In this document: positions 39,308 through 49,612 of the stretch, piece by piece
Position numbering within the stretch: position 1 is the stretch's first letter
Layout of the letters: every line of letters begins with the position of its first letter
Assembly: GCA_013289265.1 (NCBI GenBank)
Contig: JABDAH010000001.1
Coordinates: forward strand, 61,379-125,378
DNA length: 64,000 bases
Reading direction: 5' to 3'
Source of the DNA: Alphaproteobacteria bacterium
Lineage (GTDB): Bacteria; Pseudomonadota; Alphaproteobacteria; UBA9219
Position numbers and translations under genes: made by a program
Notes under the pieces: generated by a model
Database searches by the model: none
What the model saw: the letters and a program-made list of their open reading frames with translations, nothing else
Told to the model about the DNA's origin: nothing

Positions 39308-40687
39308 GTGTTTGAGAACTTAAGTAACCGACTAACAGGAATATTTGACCGGCTTACGCGGCGCGGCAATTTGACGGAAGAAGACGTCAACGAAGCCATG
39401 CGCGAAGTGCGTATTGCGTTGCTGGAAGCCGATGTCGCATTACCTGTCGTCAAAGATTTTATTGCCAAGGTCAAAGAAGGCGCCGTGGGGCAGGATGTCG
39501 CGCGCTCTGTTACGCCGGGTCAGCAAGTTATCAAGATTGTGCATGATCATCTGGTTGATCTGCTCGGCAAGGAAGCGGAGCCACTGAATATCGGCGTCAC
39601 GCCACCTGCCGTGATCATGATGCTTGGTTTGCAGGGTTCCGGCAAAACGACGACTTCCGCCAAGCTTGCCAAGCGGCTGACCGAAACGGATCGTAAAAAA
39701 GTTTTGTTGGCATCGCTAGATGTGCAGCGCCCTGCGGCGCAAGAACAACTGGCCGTGCTCGGTGCGCAAATTGGTGTTACAACTTTACCTGTTATCGCGG
39801 GACAAAAACCTGTCGATATCGCCAAGCGCGCGCTGGATGTCGCACGTAAAGAAGTATTCGATATTGTTATTCTCGATACAGCCGGTCGTCTTGCCATTGA
39901 TGATGAATTGATGAACGAAGCTGCCGCCGTGCGCGATGCGACACAGCCGCATGAACGATTACTGGTCGTAGACGCCATGACTGGTCAAGACGCAGTCAAT
40001 ACAGCGCAACAGTTCGACCAAAAAATCGGTATCTCTGGTATTGTGTTGACCCGTATCGACGGTGATGCTCGCGGTGGCGCGGCGCTTTCCATGCGTGCCG
40101 TCACCGGCAAGCCGATCAAGTTTCTGGGTGTCGGCGAAAAGACTGAAGCGCTGGAAGTTTACCATCCTGACCGCCTTGCCAGCCGTATTCTGGGTATGGG
40201 CGATGTTGTATCGCTGGTTGAAAAAGCGGCGGCGAATATCAATCATGACGATGCGCAGGCGATGGCGGAGAAATTTATCTCTGGCGGCAAGTTTGATTTC
40301 AACGATCTGCAAAAACAATTTCAGCAGATGCGCAGGATGGGCGGCCTCGGCGGCATCATGAATTTGATCCCGGGCCTCGCTAAAATGAAGGCGCAGATGC
40401 AGGACGCGAATATTGACGACAAAGTTGTCAAACGTCAGGAAGCGATCATTCAGTCCATGACGCCTGCAGAGCGCAAAAATGTCGATCTGCTTGGCGCGTC
40501 GCGCAAGCGACGCATCGCGGCTGGCTCAGGCGTACAGGTGGCGGATGTGAACCGCCTTATTAAACAATTCCTCGAAATGCAGAAAATGATGAAGCAGATG
40601 CAGAAGCTCGGCAAAAGCGGATTTATGCGTTCGATGATGCCGAAACTGATGGGCGGTGATATGTCCGGCCTGACCAGTAAGGAATAA
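39308..40687 (+). CDS. ffh: signal recognition particle protein
   Basis: SRP54 N/G domains (GLQGSGKTTT) and Met-rich M domain. Confidence 0.95.
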   Translation: MFENLSNRLTGIFDRLTRRGNLTEEDVNEAMREVRIALLEADVALPVVKDFIAKVKEGAVGQDVARSVTPGQQVIKIVHDHLVDLLGKEAEPLNIGVTPPAVIMMLGLQGSGKTTTSAKLAKRLTETDRKKVLLASLDVQRPAAQEQLAVLGAQIGVTTLPVIAGQKPVDIAKRALDVARKEVFDIVILDTAGRLAIDDELMNEAAAVRDATQPHERLLVVDAMTGQDAVNTAQQFDQKIGISGIVLTRIDGDARGGAALSMRAVTGKPIKFLGVGEKTEALEVYHPDRLASRILGMGDVVSLVEKAAANINHDDAQAMAEKFISGGKFDFNDLQKQFQQMRRMGGLGGIMNLIPGLAKMKAQMQDANIDDKVVKRQEAIIQSMTPAERKNVDLLGASRKRRIAAGSGVQVADVNRLIKQFLEMQKMMKQMQKLGKSGFMRSMMPKLMGGDMSGLTSKE

Positions 40688-40736
40688 AGTTTGAAGTGCT
40701 TACAAAATTATAATCAACCAACCAAGGAGAAGACAA

Positions 40737-41150
40737 ATGTTAGCAATGCGTATGACAAGACATGGCACCAAGAAGCGCCCTTACTACCACATCGTTGTGG
40801 CGGATAGCCGCTCACCGCGCGATGGCCGTTTTATCGAAAAAATCGGCGCTTATAACCCTATGCTGAAGTCCGAAGATCCGAAGCGTGTGACCTTCAACGA
40901 AGAACGCGTCAAACATTGGATGAAGAACGGCGCGCAGCCAAGCGAACGCGTTGCCCGTTTCCTCGCGGCTGCGAAACTCGGCCCAGCAGTCAAATGGAAC
41001 GAAACACCGAAGAAGTCTGCTCCTCGCGCCAAGGCACAGGAACGCATCAAGATGGAAGCCGCCGCAGCTGAAGAAGCCGCCAAGGCAGCAGCAGCTCCTG
41101 CAGCTGAAGCCGCTCCGGAAGCTCCTGCTGAAGAAACGCCAGCTGCTTAA
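40737..41150 (+). CDS. rpsP: 30S ribosomal protein S16 with Ala/Glu/Pro-rich C-terminal tail
   Basis: [34 protein letters not shown]. Confidence 0.92.
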   Translation: MLAMRMTRHGTKKRPYYHIVVADSRSPRDGRFIEKIGAYNPMLKSEDPKRVTFNEERVKHWMKNGAQPSERVARFLAAAKLGPAVKWNETPKKSAPRAKAQERIKMEAAAAEEAAKAAAAPAAEAAPEAPAEETPAA

Positions 41151-41155
41151 GTTGA

Positions 41156-41731
41156 ATGGATCAGAACCGTAAAATCTGCGTTGGTATGATTATGGGTGCG
41201 CACGGTGTGCGTGGCCTGATACGCCTGCGCAGTTTTACGGAAGATCCTGAAACGATAAGAGAGTTCAAGGCACTGACGGATGAAAGTGGAGAGCGCAGTT
41301 TTGCTTTCCGTATCAAAAGCACAGCCAAGGATTTCTTTATCGCTGAAATTGATGGCCTGAAGAATAAGGAAGAAGCGGATGCGCTGGGACGTACCAAACT
41401 ATACGTTCCGCGCACCGCTTTGCCCAAGACCAAAAAAACCGAGTATTACGAAGCTGATTTGCTGGGGCTGAAGGTACAGGACGGCAAAGGTCAAAGCTTT
41501 GGCTCGGTGATGGGGGTCCATAATTATGGTGGCGGGCCGTTTCTTGAAATCGGCAACAGTAAAATCGATAGTTTTATGTTGCCCTTCACTAATGCCCTTG
41601 TGCCGGAGGTTGATGTGAAGGCAGGACTGGTGACTATCGCCCCACCGGAAGGCTGGATGAAGGAAGAAAAGCCGGAAGAATCGGCAGAAGCAACTGAAGC
41701 AGGTAAAAAGCCGAAAAAGGCCAAGGCATGA
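41156..41731 (+). CDS. rimM: ribosome maturation factor RimM
   Basis: [15 protein letters not shown] N-terminal motif, PRC barrel; Lys/Glu-rich tail. Confidence 0.88.
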   Translation: MDQNRKICVGMIMGAHGVRGLIRLRSFTEDPETIREFKALTDESGERSFAFRIKSTAKDFFIAEIDGLKNKEEADALGRTKLYVPRTALPKTKKTEYYEADLLGLKVQDGKGQSFGSVMGVHNYGGGPFLEIGNSKIDSFMLPFTNALVPEVDVKAGLVTIAPPEGWMKEEKPEESAEATEAGKKPKKAKA

Positions 41732-42448
41732 GCAGGCCCTGGCAGGTTCAGGTGTTAACCCTGTTCCCGGAACAATTTCCGGGGATTTTGGGAGCCAGTT
41801 TGCCGGGAAAAGCGTTAAAAGATGGGGTTTGGGCGTTAGAAACACTGGACATTCGGTCATTTGCCAGCGATAAACACGCCTCCGTTGACGATACCCCTTA
41901 TGGGGGCGGCGCGGGAATGGTGATGCGGCCCGATGTTCTGGATGCCGCCATCAAGGGCGCGGAAGCCAAGTTTGGCAAACCCGCTCGAAAGATATATTTG
42001 TCGCCACGCGGCCGGGGGCCTTACCCAGGCGCTGGTGAAAGAGTTGGTGCAGGCCTCGTCGCTTCTGCTGCTTTGTGGCAGGTATGAGGGGGTAGATCAG
42101 CGAGTGATCGATGCGCAAAATCTGGAGGAAATCAGCCTCGGTGATTTTGTGCTGGCAGGCGGCGAAGTGGCTGCCATGACTCTGATCGAAGCGTGCGTGC
42201 GTTTGTTGCCGGGGGTTCTCGGTAATGCAGCGACCACGGATGAAGAAAGTTTTGAAGCGGGGTTACTGGAATATCCGCACTTCACGCGCCCGGCGATTTG
42301 GCAAGGGCTAGCGGTTCCTGAAGTGTTGATGTCCGGGCATCACGAAAAAGTTAGAGCCTGGCGGCAGGCCGAAGCAGAAAAAATAACGCAGGAACGCCGT
42401 CCGGATTTGTATAAACAGTATCAATTGAATCAGACTAAGGAGAAGTAA
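41728..42448 (+). pseudogene. trmD: tRNA (guanine37-N1)-methyltransferase TrmD, reading frame interrupted by apparent +1 insertion in G5 run (approx 42013-42017)
   Basis: track splits it into 41728..42087 and 41933..42448; both halves align contiguously to TrmD (..[10 protein letters not shown] | [21 protein letters not shown]); removing one G restores frame. Confidence 0.8.
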
Positions 42449-42449
42449 G

Positions 42450-42860
42450 ATGAACGTGTTACAGAAATTCAATCAACAGCAAGTCGAAAAGCTGAAAGAA
42501 ACAACCAAGATCGCTGAATTCACGATCGGTGATACCGTTATCGTCAACGTTAAGGTTGTCGAAGGTTCGCGCGAACGTATTCAGGCGTACGAAGGTGTTT
42601 GCATCGCCGTCAAGAATGCCGGTGTGAATTCATCCTTCACTGTCCGTAAGATCAGCTACGGCGAAGGTGTTGAACGTGTATTCCCGCTGTACAGTCCGCG
42701 TGTTGAATCTGTTGAACGCGTTCGTCGCGGCACGGTACGTCGTGCGAAGCTGTACTATCTGCGCGGTCTGCGTGGCAAAGCTGCCCGTATCACGGAACGT
42801 ACCGACTATGTCGCTGCGGCCCCAATCGCTAAGCCAGAAACAGAAGTCAAGAGCGCTTAA
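42450..42860 (+). CDS. rplS: 50S ribosomal protein L19
   Basis: full-length L19 similarity, operon position after trmD. Confidence 0.93.
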   Translation: MNVLQKFNQQQVEKLKETTKIAEFTIGDTVIVNVKVVEGSRERIQAYEGVCIAVKNAGVNSSFTVRKISYGEGVERVFPLYSPRVESVERVRRGTVRRAKLYYLRGLRGKAARITERTDYVAAAPIAKPETEVKSA

Positions 42861-42885
42861 GTCTAGCTTTCGTTTGTTTTTTAAA

Positions 42886-42920
42886 AAGCCTTGCCGTTAT
42901 GCGGCAGGGCTTTTTCTTTT
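42886..42920. terminator. rho-independent terminator (bidirectional) after rplS / GT4 gene
   Basis: GCCTTGCCG-TTAT-GCGGCAGGGC hairpin followed by TTTTTCTTTT. Confidence 0.7.
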
Positions 42921-44013
42921 AGAAAAGTTGGGTATACAAACCTGCTGCCCGCTCGAACGTGAAGTGTATACCGCGTTGCCGGAGTAATGTGGCATCCTGC
43001 GGATGGTCCAGCGTTTCTAACATCGCAGTAGCCATTGCTGTGTCATCCCCAACGGGGACAAGTTTGCCGTAGCGGCCCGCTTCTAGAATCTCCGGTGGGC
43101 CGCCGCAATTAGTGCTGACAATATTTGTACCGCAGGCCAGCGCTTCAACTACAACATTGCTCATACCCTCATAATGGGAAGACACTGCAACCAGGGCCGC
43201 ATTTCGGATGAAGGGCAGAGGGTTTGGCTGGAATCCAGGCAACAAAACATATTCATCAATGCCAAGCTGTTTGGCCAGTTGCTGCAACTCGCTACGTTTT
43301 GAACCTTCACCCAAAATCACCAGCCGCAAATCTTTGTTTTTCCGTGCAAGTGCGAAAGCTTTGATCAATGTGGTGAAATCTTTTTCTTCCGAAAGACGGC
43401 CTATGCCCAAAATAACAGGCGGCGCGTTTTCTGCGAACCATGGATGCGAATTTTTTTGCCGAGATTTCTCGGCAAAATCGGGCCCGACAATAGGGTTATA
43501 AATGACTGTGATTTTGTCTAGGGGAATATGGGCAGTTTCGGCCAAATCAACCGCAACGGCATTGGATACAGCAACAATACCGTCCGCCCACGGTAGGAAA
43601 ATCCGGTACAGCAAAGGCAGAATTTTATATTGCCAGTTTTTGTGCGCTTTGGTTTCTGCCGACAACAGGCTGTGCTGGCAGCAGAGTAGGCGCATCGGCA
43701 TTTTCGCCAACGTCCGAGCCCACAGACTGATGATATTGCCATGCCCCATATTGGCGATGAAGACATCGGGCTTTGCGCGTTGCATATAGCGCATCAGCGG
43801 CAGAAAGGATAACAGCGAGCGATTGCCACCAAGGGTGGCCACAGCGATGTTTGGGGGAATAGTGTTGACCAATGGGCCGTCTGGCCGCTGCGTCAGAATA
43901 GTCACTTTATGACCGGTTGCCGTGAGTGCCGCCGCCAGATTTATAGTCACGCGTTCTGCACCGCCTGCTGCAAAGGTAGGAATAAAAAGCGTGACGGATT
44001 TGCCGGCACTCAT
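42919..44013 (-). CDS. family 4 glycosyltransferase
   Basis: GT4 C-terminal EX7E-type region (SSHYEGMSNVVVEALACG). Confidence 0.8.
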   Translation of the reverse strand: MSAGKSVTLFIPTFAAGGAERVTINLAAALTATGHKVTILTQRPDGPLVNTIPPNIAVATLGGNRSLLSFLPLMRYMQRAKPDVFIANMGHGNIISLWARTLAKMPMRLLCCQHSLLSAETKAHKNWQYKILPLLYRIFLPWADGIVAVSNAVAVDLAETAHIPLDKITVIYNPIVGPDFAEKSRQKNSHPWFAENAPPVILGIGRLSEEKDFTTLIKAFALARKNKDLRLVILGEGSKRSELQQLAKQLGIDEYVLLPGFQPNPLPFIRNAALVAVSSHYEGMSNVVVEALACGTNIVSTNCGGPPEILEAGRYGKLVPVGDDTAMATAMLETLDHPQDATLLRQRGIHFTFERAAGLYTQLF

Positions 44014-45908
44014 GCAGTGCCAAACAGGATGCGTAATTTCGATTTCTCGTTGGGCGCCAGATTGCCCGTAAACACAAGGCGTGTTGTTTGTTGTTTTTTG
44101 CCAAAGCTGGGAGAATAGGATGCATCCGTCCGTATTTTTATTTCCAGCGGCCCTTCGTAATGAAGACGGGCAAAGATGTCTTCAGCTTTTTTGATTGTAA
44201 TTTTACCGTCGTCATTCTGAATTGTTAAATCAGGGTGCAACAGATAGCCAATCTCAGCATAATGTTTTTCTCCCCCTGAAATATAATCCGTTATTACTGC
44301 GCCTGTTTCAGAACTGAATTCAACACGGCGGCGATGCAGCGTTTCATATTTTTGGATATAACCGTCATGTTCGGCCTCAACAAACCAGTTGCTATCACTT
44401 AGTTGCTTATCGACAATTCGTACATTGGCTTTGTGCGACCAATTGAATGCTCCCGAAATAGTGCTGGAGTTTGTATGTTCAAGGCACAAAGTATTATGCG
44501 CTGCTGTGCCGCGGAAGGCGTCGCGCTCTGCGCCGCCAGAGTGATAGAGATAGGTTCCGGCATCAACAAAAACGGGCTGGCCATCAATATGGAGCCATAC
44601 ACTAAGCGCGTCGGCATGTCCGTGGGCGGCAATAGACAGATGGCCTAAATTTCCGTGATCAAAAGCGAGCATAATATCGCGACCATTAATATAGTGTCTG
44701 CCAATCGTATAGCCGCCATATTCAAAACATTTTACACCTAACGGCGCGGGGGTCAGCGTCACTGTTGGCCCAAGCAATAACTGTCGCAGGTGTGATGATT
44801 GTGGCTGCTCGGCATTTAGGCAGCCCAGAACTGAACTTACATAATTCGCGTCATGTAATCCGATGACGCAGCCATTATCATCATCGCCGATATGGGGTTG
44901 GTTGCCCTTGGTGTCGGTTATCCAGCGCAAAAATTCACCGCCACGCGCCATCCGTTGGCGATACCGCTGTGGTACTTTCACGCCGTGCGTTTGTGCCAGA
45001 AACGCCGACAGAGCAAATAGTTCCAGCACAAAGGCGCCGTAGGATACGGCTTGTTCTGCACCAACACCGTCGGGCCGAATTTGTTTGTCGACATTATCGC
45101 AAAGAATGGACCAGCCTGTTTCTTTCCACCATGCCGCTTCCGGCAATTGCGGGCATAAGCAGCCGATGAAGAACAACCCCGCGCCTTCTGCTACGCGGTG
45201 ATTATTGGCCGAGCTATAAAGCGACGGATAGCGTGCGAGCCACCGGCCATGGATTTCCAGCGTATTCCAGATTTTGGCACGCTGCGCAGTTTCCAGATAT
45301 TCACCGACAAGACTTACAACAACCAGAATGCTAATAGTGCGAAGGGCAAGTTCAATCCCAGACAGCCAGTTGATACCGCGATAAGGTGGATTGCTGTCAA
45401 TCCAACTCTCAATTTCATTTAGACAAAAGCGGCCCATTTCGGGGTCGCGTTTTTTAAATGCCAGCGCCGCTATGGGTTGCAGATATTGCAGGCGGTTAAG
45501 TTCCCAGACATATTTTACATCGCCCATGTCGGAATTATGACGGTAGTTGATATCGAAGCTATAGAGATCGTGCGGCCAGAATTTTTCAGTTACAGGATCA
45601 AGATGCCAGCGTTTGTTTTTTGCGCAGGGCGGCCAAGGTTGATTGAGAAACTGAAATTCACCTTTCTTTGCGTCGTCATAGATTTTTTGCCACGAAGTAA
45701 GTAATTCGTTTGAGATCGAGGCCGCATCCAGTTTTTCGTGTAATTTAGAAGAAACGGTGAAAGGGCCGTAATCCTGAGGTGTTGGAAGCGTTGCGGCTTT
45801 GTCCTGATAGCGCTTGATAGCTTCTTCGAGGCGGTACAAAGCTTCCGATGTTGACATCGACGCCAGGCGACGCTGATACCACAAAGCTTTTTCCAGTAAG
45901 GGTTTCAT
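44010..45908 (-). CDS. heparinase II/III-like protein (polysaccharide lyase/modification family)
   Basis: 632 aa; conserved WELNR, INWLSGIELALR blocks typical of Heparinase_II_III-like proteins in EPS loci. Confidence 0.6.
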   Translation of the reverse strand: MKPLLEKALWYQRRLASMSTSEALYRLEEAIKRYQDKAATLPTPQDYGPFTVSSKLHEKLDAASISNELLTSWQKIYDDAKKGEFQFLNQPWPPCAKNKRWHLDPVTEKFWPHDLYSFDINYRHNSDMGDVKYVWELNRLQYLQPIAALAFKKRDPEMGRFCLNEIESWIDSNPPYRGINWLSGIELALRTISILVVVSLVGEYLETAQRAKIWNTLEIHGRWLARYPSLYSSANNHRVAEGAGLFFIGCLCPQLPEAAWWKETGWSILCDNVDKQIRPDGVGAEQAVSYGAFVLELFALSAFLAQTHGVKVPQRYRQRMARGGEFLRWITDTKGNQPHIGDDDNGCVIGLHDANYVSSVLGCLNAEQPQSSHLRQLLLGPTVTLTPAPLGVKCFEYGGYTIGRHYINGRDIMLAFDHGNLGHLSIAAHGHADALSVWLHIDGQPVFVDAGTYLYHSGGAERDAFRGTAAHNTLCLEHTNSSTISGAFNWSHKANVRIVDKQLSDSNWFVEAEHDGYIQKYETLHRRRVEFSSETGAVITDYISGGEKHYAEIGYLLHPDLTIQNDDGKITIKKAEDIFARLHYEGPLEIKIRTDASYSPSFGKKQQTTRLVFTGNLAPNEKSKLRILFGTA

Positions 45909-47113
45909 TATTTTACCTCAGTAAAAAGTGCATCGTAAGCGGCAAGCAGTTTTGGAGCTTCGTAACTCCATGCCAATTCTTTTTCAATGCGATTGCGGCC
46001 AAAGGCTCCCATGCGTTCGCGTTGCTCAGGCTTATCAAGCAATTCGACAATTTTTTCTGCCATATCGACGGCATCATTCGGCTTGGCATAGAGAGATGCT
46101 TCGCCGGCCGAAAATTTTCCTTCCGTAACATCGAACTGCACTATCGGTTTACCGAGCGCCATATATTCCATTATTTTGTTCATGGTAGATTTATCATTCA
46201 TCGCATTGACGGTGTCGGGATTAACGCAGACATCTGCGGTGTTGAGAATTTCCAGCATTTCTTTATCAGGAACACGCCCGGTAAAGGTCACGTAACTGTC
46301 AAGATTATAGCTACGGCATAGATCGCGCATTTCATCTAGTGCGGGGCCACCGCCTACCAAGGTAAAATGAATGTCGGTGCGCTGCAAATGGTAAACAATA
46401 TGTCGCACCGCGTCCAATAAATAGGGAATACCTTCTTGCTGTCCCATCACGCCAACATAGCCAACCAAGAATTTCTTTCCCATTTTTAAGACAAGCGAAG
46501 AAGGTAGAATTTTCAATCTCGATAAATCAGGGCCGGATCGTACGACGAAAACTTTTTCGGGACGCATTTTATTGCGTTCAATGGCAATCTGACGGTAGCT
46601 GTTATTGGTGGCTATTGATATGTCTGCAACCGCAAATGTCAGTCTTTCCGACCACAACATGAGTTTGTAGAAAAAATCGCGCCGTCCGAATTTAGCTTCG
46701 TAAAGCTCTGGGTTTATATCATGATGATCGAATAAAAATTTTTTGCCAAAGAAGTATTTAAAAAATCCACCGATCAGAAAAATATTATCAGGCGGATTGC
46801 AGGCGTGAATAACATCAAAGTCCTGCATGAGGAATATTTTACAGGCCAGAAAGAACTCCCAGAACAGGGATGTTGTGTATTCAATGAGGTATCCAAATGC
46901 GCCTTTAGCTTCAAGTGGCAATGGATGACGGTAAATAGTGATGCCGTCGATAATTTCGTGACCGGCAGTATAATCACGTGCTTTCGGGCATATGACTGAA
47001 ACCTTATAGCCGCTTTGCGCCAATGTAGTGGCTTCCTGCCAAACGCGACGGTCAAAGGGAACTGGCAGGTTTTGCACGATGATCAGAACGCGCCGCGCCA
47101 TATTCACCAGCAA
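45908..47113 (-). CDS. family 4 glycosyltransferase (WbuB-like)
   Basis: 401 aa GT4 with N-terminal Glyco_trans_4-like and C-terminal GT1 core. Confidence 0.78.
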   Translation of the reverse strand: MLVNMARRVLIIVQNLPVPFDRRVWQEATTLAQSGYKVSVICPKARDYTAGHEIIDGITIYRHPLPLEAKGAFGYLIEYTTSLFWEFFLACKIFLMQDFDVIHACNPPDNIFLIGGFFKYFFGKKFLFDHHDINPELYEAKFGRRDFFYKLMLWSERLTFAVADISIATNNSYRQIAIERNKMRPEKVFVVRSGPDLSRLKILPSSLVLKMGKKFLVGYVGVMGQQEGIPYLLDAVRHIVYHLQRTDIHFTLVGGGPALDEMRDLCRSYNLDSYVTFTGRVPDKEMLEILNTADVCVNPDTVNAMNDKSTMNKIMEYMALGKPIVQFDVTEGKFSAGEASLYAKPNDAVDMAEKIVELLDKPEQRERMGAFGRNRIEKELAWSYEAPKLLAAYDALFTEVK

Positions 47114-48414
47114 ATGCCGTTATAATGCTGATGTTTTTCCAATGTTGGAATGCGAACAAAATCAACAATCTGCTGTTCGGGGCGCAGCCATTCACCGATT
47201 TGTGCAAATTCCGGCGCGTTGTGGCCTATCACAATGACTTCGCTGGGGGCCAAAACCTCCTGAACATCATTTGCCATTAACCGCTCGATATGCGGAATAG
47301 CTTTCATAATGTAATCACGGTTGGCGCCGACCAGTTTGGCGATGTTGACGGATTGGTCATACAGTTTCAGGTCATAGCCTTTACCAATCAGGCGCTCGAT
47401 AATTTGCACCATTGGGCTTTCGCGCAGATCATCTGTTCCGGCCTTAAAACTGAAACCTAGAATGCCGATGCTTTTTTTACCGTGAGATGTGATGGTCTCC
47501 AGTGCCTGCTCAATCTGAACCTGATTGGACGTCAGGATCGAATGCAGCAGAGGAAGTTGAAGATCTTGATTGCGCGCTTTATGTGTCAGGGCGCGCAAAT
47601 CTTTTGGCAGGCATGAGCCACCGAAAGCAAAACCGGGTTTCAGGTAGGCGCGAGAGATATTGAGCCTGTCGTCCTGACAAAAAACGTCCATTACTTGGTG
47701 GCTGTCGATATTATTGGCTTTGCAGAAGGCGCCGATCTCGTTAGCAAATGTAATCTTGTTGGCATGCCATGCATTGTCCGTATATTTAATCATTTCGCCG
47801 GTTTCAATGGCGCAGTGAATAATCTGACCCGGCAGGCCTTGATACAACTCCGCAACCATGTTGCCGGAGCGAGAATCTGTAGAACCGATTACGGTCTTAG
47901 CTGGGTGATTAAAATCATCAATGGCTGTGCCTTCGCGTAAAAATTCGGGATTGTTGCAAACGCCAAAATCCTTGCCTGCTGTCCATCCTGTCACATTTTC
48001 TAGAATGGGAATGACAATATTGCGCATTGTGCCGGGTAGAAGCGTGGAACGAATGGCGACGGTATGGAAAGAGTTTTTCTTGGCGAGCGCCTGCCCAATA
48101 TCTCTGCATGCATTTTCCAGATGGCGCGTATCGATACTGCCATTGTTGTTGCTCGGCGTGCCGACGCAGACAAAGGAGATATCGGTTTTAAAAATAGCGT
48201 TTTCGGTATCGATCGTCGCTGTTAAATAGTTATTGTTAACAGCGTGTTCGATCAATTCACTAAGCTGCGGTTCGATTATGGGCGAGCGGCCCGATTTGAT
48301 CATATCGACCTTAACGGGGTTAGTATCCACACCAATAACATGATGTTTCCGCTCCGCAAAACATGCGGCGGATACGGAACCAACATAGCCAAGTCCGAAT
48401 ATACTGACTCTCAT
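47104..48414 (-). CDS. GDP-mannose 6-dehydrogenase (AlgD-like nucleotide-sugar dehydrogenase)
   Basis: 436 aa; near-collinear with P. aeruginosa AlgD from MRxSIFGLGYVG through catalytic GFAFGGSCLPKD to C-terminal GICW. Confidence 0.8.
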   Translation of the reverse strand: MRVSIFGLGYVGSVSAACFAERKHHVIGVDTNPVKVDMIKSGRSPIIEPQLSELIEHAVNNNYLTATIDTENAIFKTDISFVCVGTPSNNNGSIDTRHLENACRDIGQALAKKNSFHTVAIRSTLLPGTMRNIVIPILENVTGWTAGKDFGVCNNPEFLREGTAIDDFNHPAKTVIGSTDSRSGNMVAELYQGLPGQIIHCAIETGEMIKYTDNAWHANKITFANEIGAFCKANNIDSHQVMDVFCQDDRLNISRAYLKPGFAFGGSCLPKDLRALTHKARNQDLQLPLLHSILTSNQVQIEQALETITSHGKKSIGILGFSFKAGTDDLRESPMVQIIERLIGKGYDLKLYDQSVNIAKLVGANRDYIMKAIPHIERLMANDVQEVLAPSEVIVIGHNAPEFAQIGEWLRPEQQIVDFVRIPTLEKHQHYNGICW

Positions 48415-48514
48415 AAGGCTTCTTGGGTTTTGAACAGCGGCGCCGCGACAGGTTGCCTAGCGCAAAAGGAGGGAATTCGGCTTTAGCATAGAGATTTGAG
48501 GCGGCAAAGGCTTT

Positions 48515-49606
48515 TTAACCTGCCGGATGCCCACCATATTTTTTACGAACAGCAATCATAGGTTTTTCAATTAGTTGGTTGGATGCCGCCGATAAAATAA
48601 GTGTCAACAGGAAGTAGCTGGCTAAGGCCGTCGGACTGGTAAGGCCAGTTCCTGTGTGGTGGGTCGCCATATCGACCAAGGCCAACGCGCCATAATGAAA
48701 TAGATAGAGCGAGTATGACATGCGTCCGATGAGAAGGAGAATGGAATGGGATAAAATAGTTTTTGGCCCACCCCATTGGCCAAAAAGGATATTCAGCATC
48801 ACCACGGCGATGGACATTGACTGCAGGGTGAAGCGCAGAGTTTCGCGGAACAAATCATTCCGGTAAATCAGGCTGAACAGCAAAATAATTGCTGCGAGCA
48901 TAAAGCTGGTGGGGTTGATAAAAAAACGGCGCACGCGGTCTTGCCAATAATGCATGCCGATTGCGGTGATGCTACCGTAAAGAATGCAGTCGAAAATAGT
49001 ATCTGTGCCAAAAAAACGTTCTTTGCCTGTTAAACCGCATAGCGCCCACGGCGTTTCTTGGCAGGAGGTAAACAGTGCGTATCGCCAAATCAAGACGGCG
49101 GTAACGGCTATAAATAGCCACGGCATAATACCCTGCAGGTTTTTTCGAAAAACGACCAATGCAAGCGGAAACAAAAGATAAAAATGTTCCTCCACCGAAA
49201 GCGACCATAAAATCGGCATCGGGCTATGGTCTGGATAGCCGACAAAAATATGATAGTAGTTGGCGAAATAAGATAGACCGCTGAGAATATGCACCCATGT
49301 AATAGGCGAGCCCATCAGAAGCAGAATGGGGCATATCAGCCCGAGATAGAACAATAGGGCAGGGGCCAACCGCAGAAATCGCCGCAGGTAAAATCTGGAA
49401 ATATTTAACTGGCCGGTTTTTTCGATTTCATTGATCATTTGCCGCGTCAGCAGAAAGCCGCTGATGACAAAGAAAATGCCGACGCCTAGGCCGCCGGGCA
49501 CAATATGTTCAAACCCGGCATGCGAGAAGATAACCAGCAGGATGGCTACGGCGCGCAGGCCATCAAGTACAGGAAGATAGTCATGAGATTTAGGAGGCGC
49601 TGTCAA
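48515..49606 (-). CDS. acyltransferase family 3 membrane protein (polysaccharide O-acetyltransferase-like)
   Basis: 363 aa, 10 TM, N-terminal LDGLRAVAILLVIFSH motif. Confidence 0.78.
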   Translation of the reverse strand: MTAPPKSHDYLPVLDGLRAVAILLVIFSHAGFEHIVPGGLGVGIFFVISGFLLTRQMINEIEKTGQLNISRFYLRRFLRLAPALLFYLGLICPILLLMGSPITWVHILSGLSYFANYYHIFVGYPDHSPMPILWSLSVEEHFYLLFPLALVVFRKNLQGIMPWLFIAVTAVLIWRYALFTSCQETPWALCGLTGKERFFGTDTIFDCILYGSITAIGMHYWQDRVRRFFINPTSFMLAAIILLFSLIYRNDLFRETLRFTLQSMSIAVVMLNILFGQWGGPKTILSHSILLLIGRMSYSLYLFHYGALALVDMATHHTGTGLTSPTALASYFLLTLILSAASNQLIEKPMIAVRKKYGGHPAG

Positions 49607-49612
49607 ACAGCC

